Assembly (NCBI GenBank): GCA_030390025.1
Contig: CM059433.1
Coordinates: 11,410,001-11,474,000 of the forward strand
Reading direction: 5' to 3'
Length of the DNA: 64,000 bases
From: Squalus acanthias
Taxonomy: Eukaryota
Each line of letters opens with the position of its first letter. Position 1 is the first letter of the stretch. Under the pieces are notes generated by a model. That model made no database searches. It saw only the letters and a program-made list of their open reading frames with translations, and was not told where the DNA came from. This document shows positions 24,845-35,646 of this stretch, piece after piece. The position numbers and the translations under genes are program-made.

Positions 24845-24977
24845 CAGGTTGAGCGTCCAAAATCCGGAGTTCCGGAATCCAGAATGTTCCGGACTCCGGG
24901 ACGATTGGTGGCAGGGTCGACCGGAATCCGTAAAACGTTCCGGAATCCGGAACTCCGGATTTTGGACTCTCAACCTG
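24845..24977. mobile_element. Tc1/mariner (pogo/Tigger-like) MITE
   Basis: Long TIRs CAGGTTGAGCGTCCAAAATCCGGAGTTCCGG; TA TSD; an additional right end at 25395-25417. Confidence 0.8.
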
Positions 24978-25633
24978 TACTTCAAAAAGCCATTAACTTT
25001 TGTTGTCTTTTTTTGAAAAATCCTATGAAAAATGCGAGTGATGCAATAAAACTTTAGTGTTGTGTTTTATCCTCCTTAATCTGCACAGCTCCACTAAGTG
25101 TTTCCGCCAGGCTGCGGCCACGGCACCACGCCGCCCTGGTGGCCTAGTGTGGGCCATCGGATGCTCTGCAGAGCTCGCAGCGTCCCCTCCCTTTAACAGA
25201 AGGGGAGGGGCGGAGAAACGCGTCAGCGCTACGCGGAGCGGCCCAGGCATTTCCGGACTCGGAACGTGTTTCTGATGTCCTAAGTCCAGAAATGCCCGAG
25301 CCCAGGTTGCGATATTTCCGGACTTCGGACATCAGAAGCACATTCCGAAGTCCGGAAAAACACGAAAACCGGCTCGGCCTCGGTCCCAAGGTTGCCGGAT
25401 TCAGGACGCTCAACCTGTACTTGTAATTCAAAAAAGGCAATAAGGATTCCACTGATTTGTGGGTTTCTGCTACAGGTTTCTGGTCTGCCTTCGTTATTAT
25501 CTCTAGTCCTAGTCTCTCCCATAAGCAGTCCAAGCATCTTTCGTTCGGAGGTGTGCCCTAACTGTCCAATATCTAATTATACTAAAGCATAAGCCAGTGG
25601 TGGAACGATATGACCCCCTTCTAATCTGAACTG

Positions 25634-25939
25634 AAATGAGAAGTCGCACAACACCAGGTTATAGTCCAACAGATTTATTTAAACTTACAAGCTTTCGGAG
25701 CTATCGATCGCCCCTTCTTCAGGTAAAGTTACTGTGAGTGAATCTACAAGAATTCACAGAATATAAACACAGGATTCTGTGAATTCTTGTAGATTCACTC
25801 ACAGTAACTTTACCTGAAGAAGGGGTGATCGATAGCTCCGAAAGCTTGTAATTTTAAATAAAACTGTTGGACTATAACCTGGTGTTGTGCGACTTCTCAT
25901 TTTTGTCCACCCCAGTTCAACGCCGGCATCTCCGCATCA
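25634..25939. mobile_element. Palindromic mini Penelope-like element family B
   Basis: 12-bp TSD TAATCTGAACTG (25622-25633, 25940-25951); arms 25634-25762 and 25774-25902. Confidence 0.88.
25810..25851 (+). ncRNA. Minimal hammerhead motif (family B variant)
   Basis: UUAC-CUGAAGA-A-GGGGU(GAUCGAUA)GCUCC-GAAA-GCU-U-GUAA; mirror copy at 25685-25726 (-). Confidence 0.8.
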
Positions 25940-26769
25940 TAATCTGAACTGGATATTGTATCTTTCACATACAGAGTAACTGTCAAAGCAAATTTCACTC
26001 AATCTCACTTCTCTCTGCAAAAACAATAAGCTATTTTCCTTGTTCCTTTCATTTGCTGAGTCACTTGTTTTGAGATTGCCTTTCTTCCGAGGCAAACTAC
26101 AAACTGCAAAAACTGGCCTCCTGCATTTCAGTTTTCAGCTCCGGATGCCAAGTCTGGAGCTCGCAGTCTGTTGCTTAGAAACCTGACTGACTACCCATGT
26201 ATCCCTTTGTCCTTTTCTCTGTTTTCAGCCAGTGGGAAGGTAGTAAGAACATAGGAGCAGGAGTAGGCCATTCAGCCTCTCGTGCCTGTTCCGCCATTCA
26301 GTCAGATCCTGGCTGATCTGTACACTGGCTGTAGTGACACTGACATCTTCCCCCATTCAGTGATTTTTGCCAGCAGACCGGCCCTTATGGTACGAGTTTA
26401 AAGAACACAACTCCCGTCTGTTCTCAATATAATTGGAGGCCAGCCTGGCTAATGGGCCTGAGACATGACAACTGAACCCCACTGTATCAGTTTGAACTCG
26501 ACAGTGATCTGTGACATCCCACAAGCTGGCCTGTCTGGCTTTAATGCACGTCTTCAATGCTGCAGCCTGTGGCTTTTTTCAAACCTGTGCCAATTCATGT
26601 GGTGTACGACACAATACGTAAACATAATTCAATCCCTATCCGATCCCATCCCATCAGTTGCCCGCCGGATGGGGTGAGGTTAAAATTACCCTCGATGTCA
26701 TTGAAACAGTGCTCATCTTCACCAAAGATTTTTCACTTTCTTTGCGAAGGCATGGGGGTAATACACTGT

Positions 26770-27295
26770 TCCAATGAAGCTCAATGTAAGCTCGAGGAAC
26801 AGCACCTCATCTTTCGATTAGGCACTTTACAGCCTTCTGGATTCAACATCGAGTTCAACAATTTCAGACCATAACCTCTGCCCCTATTATTTTTTTCCAT
26901 TTTGTTTTTTTCCCTCTCTCACATGGCAGCTGTCTTTCATTCTGCCAGTGCCATTTACACTTCATCTAGAGCCATCTTTTGTTTCTTAACTTGTCCCATT
27001 ACCATCTCCTTTGGCCTCGCACCATCATCCCTTTTGTCTCTTAACCTCTCCTGCCTTCCCGCCAATCACAGACCTTCCCTTTTGTTCTTTCCTCCCCTCC
27101 CCCCTCTCCCTGCCCCTACACTTGCTTAAAAACCTGTTCCATCTCCAACTTTTTCCAGTTCTGACGAAGGGTCATCGGCCTGAAACGTTAACTCTGTTTC
27201 TCTCTGCACAGAGGCTGCCTGACCGGCTGAGTGTTTGCAGCATTTTCTGTTTTTATTTCAGATTTCCAGCATCCGCAGTATTTTGCTTTTGTATT
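26770..27295 (+). mobile_element. Penelope-like family A 3' fragment
   Basis: NEAQCKLEEQHLIFRLGTLQPSGFNIEFNNFR (GIY-YIG end), UTR, hammerhead motif at 27157-27193. Confidence 0.88.
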
Positions 27296-27304
27296 GTTGG
27301 ATCC

Positions 27305-27806
27305 GGGGTAGAAATTGGTATGCGTTGCGCCCGTTTTACATCTGAAAAATCTGCGCAGGTGTCGGTCCCACTGCTAAATTTCTACGGCCCAATTTTCAGG
27401 CCTCCTGGCCTAATGCCTGTTGAAGGACCCCCTTTACAAAATGAGTTCTGGATTACCGGGCCAGGAATTGGACCTGCCCCACTCTGGATTCATCCACGGT
27501 CGCCAACGAGAAGTATTTACATCTTTAAGCACTGTGGAGTGAGGAGGAGGAGCAAGACTGCTCCCCAGACTCTACAGGCATCGTGATCAGCTCTCCCCTC
27601 CACCGCCCACCGCCCCCCCCACCCTGTAGCTTGCTACAATCCCCCCTCCCCCTCCCCCTCCCAAAACTTAGCTGAGGGCCGCTTTCAGTGAGGCAAGCGG
27701 CCCGAAATTGTTTCCCCCCGACTGGTGAGTTGCCTGTGGAGGCGCAACCAGTTTTGGCCAATTGCCACAATTACTCAGACGAGGCCCGAGGACCAATTTC
27801 TATCGA
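27305..27806. mobile_element. Harbinger-type MITE
   Basis: GGGGTAGAAATTGGT / ACCAATTTCTA termini; TCC flanks. Confidence 0.65.
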
Positions 27807-28487
27807 TCCTCAGGCCTCTTGCAGTGCTGCGTCTGAGCCTGAAATCAAACCCAGATGAATATTTACCCCATTGTCCCTCCTTAAAAAAAATCTACTTCAT
27901 TAGAGACAGAAAATTGCTTTTCAGGTTCAGTTCACTGGCGTTTAGGAGACTCACCTGAGTTTAAACCAATTACATTTTGAAGTGGTTAGCTTATTCAAAT
28001 ATGCAGCTGGGCAGGGTACAAATGGGACTCTGAAATGAAGACAGCAGGATAGCCTTTCATAAATGGCCTCTAGTGTCTTCCTGGTCATTTTAAATTGCTT
28101 TACACAAGTAACTGGAGACGACTTATTTTTAACTGTAATCGTTATTTTTCATTGTCTCAGAGTTATTCGGAATCAGTGATTAAGCCACTTTACTGGCAAT
28201 CAGCTATTTTTTAATGACTTGAATAAATGACTATCATGATGATATAAACTGCAAACGCAGTTTAGAATTTAGACACAGTTGCAGAAAAGAGGGGATGGTA
28301 ATATTTTCCTTCAGTGTTTGATGAGGAGTTCCAAAATGAATTTGAAATTTTAATTAATTCTAATTGAACTGATTTGGATTAATTTGCAGAGGTTTTGATT
28401 ATGGGCCAATTCAGATCATTCAGAATTGGATATACCTTTCCCTTTTAAGAAAATAATGTTCTGTAGCTTCAGAAAATCAAAGGCCAT

Positions 28488-29318
28488 GGGGGGAAAATTG
28501 GGTGTCGCCCATTTTGATGCACTAATATCGTCCGGGTGCAAAGTTTAGCTCCCGGCGCTAATTATCATCTCCGACTGCAAATTTTGCCTCTATCGCCCCT
28601 GGAGGTGATTTGAGCGCTAAATCAGGCGCTACACACCTCTCTCTTAAGGCGCTAACGTCGGGGAGCGAGGCGCTACCTCAGAACGCTACTGAAGCTCAGG
28701 CGATGTCAGTTACCATGGAAGCCAGACAGACTGGCGCAGTCCAGTTCTTAAAGGGGAGGGGCCATCTTGCTGGCCAGCCACACCCTGCTCATTGCAGCCT
28801 TGAATCTCGGCCTGGAGAGACCTCTAAAGCAATTGTGTTGGAAGCACTAACGGATAGGCCCAGGGAAAGAGCTCGCCGCTTAGGAACCTCAAAAGTGGTG
28901 CTGAGGGCCAAAACTCCTTAGGACAGCGTTAAATCTTTCCAGATGTCTCTCTCCCTCGCAACCTGCGTGTACCAAAAATTTTGCCAACAAGAAAAGGCAG
29001 GAAGCGCCCGCCTTTAAATAGAGCTCCCCAAGCCCCTTCCCGACTTGAAAACGTTCCCCTCTACCTGTCGTTCCTAGCGGCAGGCGCTAAGACTCAATAT
29101 CCAGTCCAGGGCGCTACCGGGGAGTTGCACGCTTGACTGACGTTATGATCTGCAGGTGCAGGAGATCGTGGCGGTAGTGTTTAATGCTACCGCAAAACAG
29201 CTGGTCAATTTTGCGAGCGACGCTAAAATCGCCGTGCTCGGGCGCTAAGTTCCTAGTGCCCCATTAGCGCCCCCCGGAGGCACTAACGGGAGGCGCTAAC
29301 CAACCGAATTTTTCCCCC
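28488..29318 (+). mobile_element. Harbinger-type MITE family 2
   Basis: GGGGGGAAAATT / AATTTTTCCCCC TIRs; homologous to 36181-37063 and 46753-47645. Confidence 0.82.
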
Positions 29319-30270
29319 CTTGACTTTACTTCCCCAACCTCTGCTTGGGTGCTAACAGGCAGAGCACACCTAAAGGCGCTTCACCTGACCAGATCTGAAC
29401 TCACCCAGATTTGGGTGTTCAGACCATTTTAATAGCCCGGATGTTCCCTTGGCACAGGCCTGCCTGGCAAAGCGGATGGAATTCGAGTAGTCATCCAGTA
29501 CTAGTTGCAAGGCCTTCTGGCTGCTGTCAACGAGGGGGATCAAGGGGTATGGCGAGAAAGCAGGAATGGGGTACTGAGGTAGCATGTTCAGCCATGAACG
29601 CATTGAATGGTGGTGCAGGCTCGAAGGACCGAATGGTCTACTCCTGTACCTATTTTCTATGTTTCTATGTTTCTATGTCTAAAAGCAACAACAACCAGAA
29701 GGCCTCCAGACTGATTACTCTTCTTCCTGGCTATGGAAACCTTCTTACAGTTTCATTTCTAGTGCTCCTCCTGGCCCCACAAAAAATATATTGTGGTCCA
29801 GTGCCGACCCAGACTTGTCTCCCCCCCACCACCCCTCCCCACCACCTCCAATTCGCCTCCCCGCCCCCCCCCCCCCCATCTCAGGACCTACCTGTGGGCT
29901 GGCTTGTCTTTGGTGACAGCAGAAATTCCTCAGGCCCCAACCGGAAAACTGCATCGGGGAGTCTGATTGGCTTCCACAACTCGCCAGTTTCATTCAGATG
30001 AGGCCCAAGGCTCAATTTTGACATCTTTAGGCGCGCGCTGCTATCACGATACTCATTTCGCGCCAGGAGGCGGCACTACTCGAATTTCTCCCCATAGATT
30101 GTCACTCAGATTGTTAAAGAGGGGTTTATGCAAATGGAAGGGGTAGATCTTGACTTTGTGCAATAATGAAAAACGGGTGATAGCGAGTTGGCCGCCTGAT
30201 TTACATCTCTCCCCATTTTTTTCCAGTGACTTCAATGGAAATTTTAAAAATCAAACAATGATAATATCGC

Positions 30271-30710
30271 TAGAAGGTTGTGGGTTCACAGTCCCCACTC
30301 CAGGGACTTGAGCACATAAATCTAGGCTGCCACTTCCAGTGCAGTGCTGAGGGAGTGCTGCACTGTCGGAGGTGCCGTCTTTCGGATGAGACATTAAACC
30401 GAGGCCCCGTCTGCTCTCTCAGGTGGACGTAAAAGATCCCCATGGCCACTATTTCGAAGAAGAGCAGGGGAGAAGTTATCCCCGGTGTCCTGGGCCAATA
30501 TTTATCCCTCAACCAACATAACAAAAAACAGATTATCTGGTCATTATCACATTGCTGTTTGTGGGACCTTGCTGTGCGCAAATTGGCTGCCGCGTTTCCC
30601 ACATTACAACAGTGACTACACTTCAAAAGTACTTCATTGGCTGTAAAGAGCTTTGAGACGTCCGGTGGTCGTGAAAGGCGCTATATAAATGCAAGTCTTT
30701 CTTTCTTTTT
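30271..30710 (+). mobile_element. SacSINE1-like DeuSINE (young copy)
   Basis: Intact Deu core and tail ending tataaatgcaagtctttctttc. Confidence 0.92.
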
Positions 30711-31140
30711 TCTATAACCTCTGATCCACCTTCTCGACTGACATTATTCTCGCTCCCTTCTAAAGATGCTAATTGTCTCCAAGCCAACCATCTTTTACAG
30801 ATGTCAGCATCTGTCCACCATGTCCAGATTTGCTGATGGTTCTGAACATCCACTTATTCGATCGTCCTGTGGTTCCAATCCATCCCAATTCTTTGCAGTC
30901 GAGAGGATCTAAAGCACCTGGGTTAGGGAGGCTACACCTAGTTCATAAACAATTTTTTTCCCCACCAAATCTGGTTGAACATAATCCAAATTATGGAAGT
31001 TTAAATCCAAACAATTTGTCTACATGTTCATCCTAGAACGGCATTTGATTTTTTGCATTTTTTTACATTATCTTTTACTTTCTGAAATAATATGATAAAC
31101 AATATGCAATATTACTTAGAATTACATAGAATTTTACATA

Positions 31141-31960
31141 ACATAAGAACTTAAGGAATAGGAGCAGGAGGAGGCCATTTGGCCCTTCAAGCCTGCTCCG
31201 CCATTCAATAAGATCATGGCTGATCCTCTATCTCATCTCCACTTTCCTGCACTATCCCCATATCCCTTGATTCCCTTAATATTCAAAAATCTATCGATCT
31301 CTATCTTGAATATACTCAACGACTGAGCCTCCACAGCCCTCTGGGGTAGAGAATTCCAAAGATTCACCACCCTCTGAGTGAAGAAATGTCTCCTCATCTC
31401 AGTCCTAAATGGTCGACCCCTTATTCTGAGACTGTGACCCCTGGTTCTAGACTCCTCAGCCAGGGGAAACATCCTCCCTGCATCTACCCTGTCAACATAA
31501 GAACATAAGAAATAGGAGCAGGAGTCAGCCACTCGGCCCCTCGAGCCTGCTCCGCCATTTAATGAGATCATGGCTGATCCGATTTTGGCCTCATCTCCAC
31601 TTTCCTGCCCGCTCCCCGTAACCCTTGACTCCCCTGTTGCTATCTCAGCCCTGTAAGAATTTTGTATGTTTCAATTTTACAGCACAGAAACAGGCCATTC
31701 GGCCCAACAGGTCTATGCTGGTGTTTATGCTGCACACGAGCCTCCTCCCATCTTGCTTCATGTGACCCCACCAACATAACCTTCTATTCCTTTCTCCCTC
31801 ATGTACTTATCTAGCCTCCCCTTAAATGGATCTCTGATAATCGCCTCAACCACTCCCTGTGGTAGCGAGTTCCTCATTCTCACCACTCTCTGAGCAAAGA
31901 AGTTTCTCCTGAATCCCTTATAGGATTTATTATCGACTATGTTATATTTATAGCCCTCTA
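31141..31960 (-). mobile_element. Cluster of CR1 3' fragments (one nested in another, plus a second CR1 family)
   Basis: DRVDAGRMFP...KGIKGYG; (CATAAGAA)n tails at 31141 and 31494; second-family tail from 31675. Confidence 0.85.
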
Positions 31961-32628
31961 TTTAATAATAATCTTACCCACTCTTCTAATCGTATTCCCA
32001 ATCTCTTCATTTTTTTAAAAAGAAAGTAAAAAAAAAAAGTTGACCTACAGCAAGTCTATACGAGTGTAAATTGAACCTCCTATAGTTAACCTGGGGTGAG
32101 CTAGTTTGGGATTGTGCCAGAGGAATGCGTAACGTCTGGCCATAGAGCTAATGTTTGGACTGTACCAGATGAATGGTTTATGACTCAATCATAACAGCAA
32201 TGTTTTAACATGACACTAAAAGATTGCTCGACTGTTGGCTCACATTTTATTGAAATCTGATACTACTTGTGTGGATTCTGGATACACCTGGGTATCCAGT
32301 TCTTCTCAGGTTTTTTTTTATGACTCGAGTAGATCCTCACTTTGGGAGCCACACGGAAGAAAAGCACGATATAAAGAAGTGCTTAATGTAGTGTGTCTGT
32401 TAATGATGCAGTTATGCACATTCCCTGTTGCATTAGTGAGCCGGGGATGGGGAGGGCTGATATAAAGCAGCATTACAGTAAGGGGTTATTGCATCTAACG
32501 CACGATGTTGTAAAGGAGAATAAGTATCGTCATTATGTTCTGGTGAAAAATCTTCTATGATTAATCAGAAAGGCACTATTAGCTGACTGCACCTGACAGC
32601 ACCTGTCATCTACGTACATTTTATATAA

Positions 32629-32861
32629 AATAACAACAGAAAATGCTGGAAATACTCAGCAGGCCAGGCAGCATCCGTGGAGAGAGAAACAGAGTTAACG
32701 TTTCAGGTCTGGGACCCTTCATCAGAAGGGTTCTGATGAAGGGTCCCAGACCTGAAATGTTAACTCTGTTTCTCTCTCCACGGATGCTGCCTGGCCTGCT
32801 GAGTATTTCCAGCATTTTCTGTTGTTATTTCAGATTTCCAGCATCCGCAGTATTTTGCTAT
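32629..32861. mobile_element. Palindromic mini Penelope-like element family A
   Basis: 16-bp TSD CGTACATTTTATATAA (32613-32628, 32862-32877); ~100-bp arms with a GGG loop. Confidence 0.9.
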
Positions 32862-32878
32862 CGTACATTTTATATAAT

Positions 32879-33841
32879 GGCCCAGAAATTAAACACTGAG
32901 CGTTCCTGCGGGGGTAAGGCTTCCCCGCGATATCTCACTGCGCGCCTACCTTTTCCCTCCGGGCCCACACGAACTTTAGTTTCAAGGCTGCAGCTGTGCA
33001 GTGCTTGCGTGACTCACAGATGCAGTTAGTTCGTGCGAGCTCTGGGATCACGTGATTCAGTTAGAGCCAATGGCAGCACACCATCTTTCATTCATAGTTT
33101 TGACAGGAGAACTGTCAAAGCTAGGAATACAACTTACCCCCAAAAGAACAGCTAAACCTCAATTAAATTTTAAAAAAAACTATCACATTAATAAAATAAC
33201 TATAGTTAAATAAATTAACCACTTTAAACAAAAATTTAAATTTTTGAAATAGTTTAAAATCTTTTTAAAAGTTATAAAAATAAACTTACCTTTCTTTAAA
33301 GTCTCTAAAAAAGATAAACCTGTTGAAAAAAATTTAAAATAATACTTAATTAACTATTTACCTTGTTAAAAGAGGGTCTTACGCCTCCTTTCTTTATGTG
33401 TAAAATCTTCCATGCTTAGAAACATAGAAACATAGAAACTAGGAGCAGGAGTAGGCCATTCGGCCCGTCGAGCCTGCTCCACCATTCAATACGATCATGG
33501 CTGATCATCCAAATCCAGTACCCTGTCCCTGCTTTCTCACACAGAATCCCCATCGAGCCTGCACCGACACATATCCCACCCTATCCCCGTAACCCCACGT
33601 ATTTAATTCCCCCTAACATATCCCATCCTATCCCTGTAACCCCACGTTCAAAACACTAAGTGCACTGCGTGCGCACAGCCTGTAGCGCGCACGTGGTTCA
33701 CTTAGGAACCGCCCCCTTTTGAGTTCACGAAGTGCCGGTTTCCCGCGCATACGCAGTGCATGCAGGAAACCGGCAATTGGAGACCTAAAACGCGAGAGTA
33801 CACAGTGTGTACTCTCGCGTATTAGGTCTAATTTTCGGGCC
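32879..33841 (-). mobile_element. Harbinger-type MITE family 1 with inserted retroposon tails (~33417-33650)
   Basis: GGCCCAGAAATT / AATTTTCGGGCC; reverse complement of 16318-17082. Confidence 0.85.
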
Positions 33842-34369
33842 ATTATGTGCAACCACACTTGGAGGGTTACATTCACGTTAAAATGAAGTTAAGATTTTAT
33901 TTAACATCATAGTTATATATTGCGCTGATTCTGTTAGAACTTATCTTCCTCCGGTTTAAAACAAAATATCAAAAGGAAATGATATATAAATGTATGGGTT
34001 GCACGCATCATAATTTGTCATCCGGAGGAGAGAAGCATCTCCGAGAAAGCTCAGGGCAATTGTGAGCATCGGTAACAACTGGGATCACTGCCATTTAACC
34101 CTGTGGAAATACTTCAATCCTCTTGAGTTCGCCAGCTCTGTATCTCAGCAAGCACACGCGTTGCTTGAAGTTCTGTCAGAAGTAGTGAGGTATTACACTC
34201 ATACTGGTAATTATTTTCACAAGTGTTTCGGACATTCTGAATAGCGTGTCGAAGTGAAAGCGAATGCTGCCATTGTGCTGCGGGCAGTGGGTTGACACTT
34301 GCCCGCTACCTGCACAGCACGATTGACTTATACTTCTGCCTTCGCGCAAGCACACTGTTTGCACACTCA

Positions 34370-35197
34370 GGGGGTGATTTTGCCAATGGGGAGCTTTTGG
34401 AGGCGGGACTCCCACTTGTCGGGTTTCAGTCCCGCCTCCATCGACTTGTGGCCAACCCACGCTATTTTCCCTTGATTGACCTTGTTAACCCCGCCCAGCG
34501 GGCTTAGCAGGCCAATTAAGGGGAAGCCGGTTGCAGAGAACGTCAACGTATGACGTTTCATCTGTCAAAAATATTTGACAGATGAATTGTCATCGTTTGA
34601 CAGCTCTGTGAAGCTGTCAAACACTGACATTCTCTGTAGTTTGATGAGGTCTTGAATTCAAAACTCATCAAACCTCTTTCTTTTGCAGAAATGAGATGGT
34701 TGTTGCATTGGAGAATGCAGCGGCCATCTGTCATCTCTGCCGCGGAGGTCTGAGACTCTCCGCATACCCACCGACTGAAGCGTGCAGGAAGAAACAAAGG
34801 TAAGTACACTTTTTCGAACACTTTGCACTTACCTCAGATACTCACCTCTCCACTCTTGCACCCAACACTCACCTTCACACTTTTGGACCCCCCCCGACCC
34901 CCGCAGACCCAGTACTCGCCTCGCTTACCTGGTGGGTTTCGGAGCCTTCGGGAAGCCCGCACTTGTTAGGGCAAAAAGAGGATAATCCTATTTTCTGCCT
35001 GTTAACTACCTGTTAACAGACAGTTAATAGGCTTTAATCCCTTCCCGCCTCCAAGGAGACGGGACCCGGCGCGGGTCGGCTACCCGCCTCCTGGCAAGAT
35101 GGCATGGAGGCAGGTTAGGGGCGGGTTGGATATCCGCCCCCAAATTCTGCCATTTTCCCGGCAGTCCCGCCTCCCCAGGGCTGGCAAAATCGCCCCC
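34370..35197. mobile_element. Harbinger-type MITE family 3
   Basis: TIRs GGGGGTGATTTTGCCA / TGGCAAAATCGCCCCC; inverted homolog at 48116-48940. Confidence 0.8.
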
Positions 35198-35646
35198 TGA
35201 AAGTTCACACGCAGAACTTAGCCCACTGGTGTTTGAAATCCAGTGGACTTTTCAATATCAGTATAAAGCCAAACGTCCTTTCGGCTTTTCGCGAATACTA
35301 AAAACATGAAGACAGTGCAGTGCCCCAGCTGGGAACACTTTCAAACTTCATTTTAAAGTTGATAAAAGTTCACTTTGAACATGGTGCATTTATACTGCAG
35401 TTGTTCTGAAGCTGCCCCTTCAAGACGGCCTCACGCAGTTCCTGATAGACCAAATCAGGCTGAGATCGATTAGCTTAAACTGCAGCTCTCACTCTTTTCA
35501 TCGAAGTGACGTGGAAATAGCATCAAATCTGGCAATGTCTGCAATTTAACTGGCCTGTAAAATATTCACTGCGGCAAAGTATTTTGCAACAGAAAACTTG
35601 TTTTGTTTTCGAAAGGAATTGGCTTTACAATTAATTTAGAAACCTT

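Noticed and set aside
32621..33029. Near-identical ORFs on both strands (MLEILSRPGS...)
   Set aside because: Artefact of the palindromic PLE.
34272..34323. Bulged hairpin as pre-miRNA
   Set aside because: Large asymmetric bulge, short stems, no recognisable mature miRNA.
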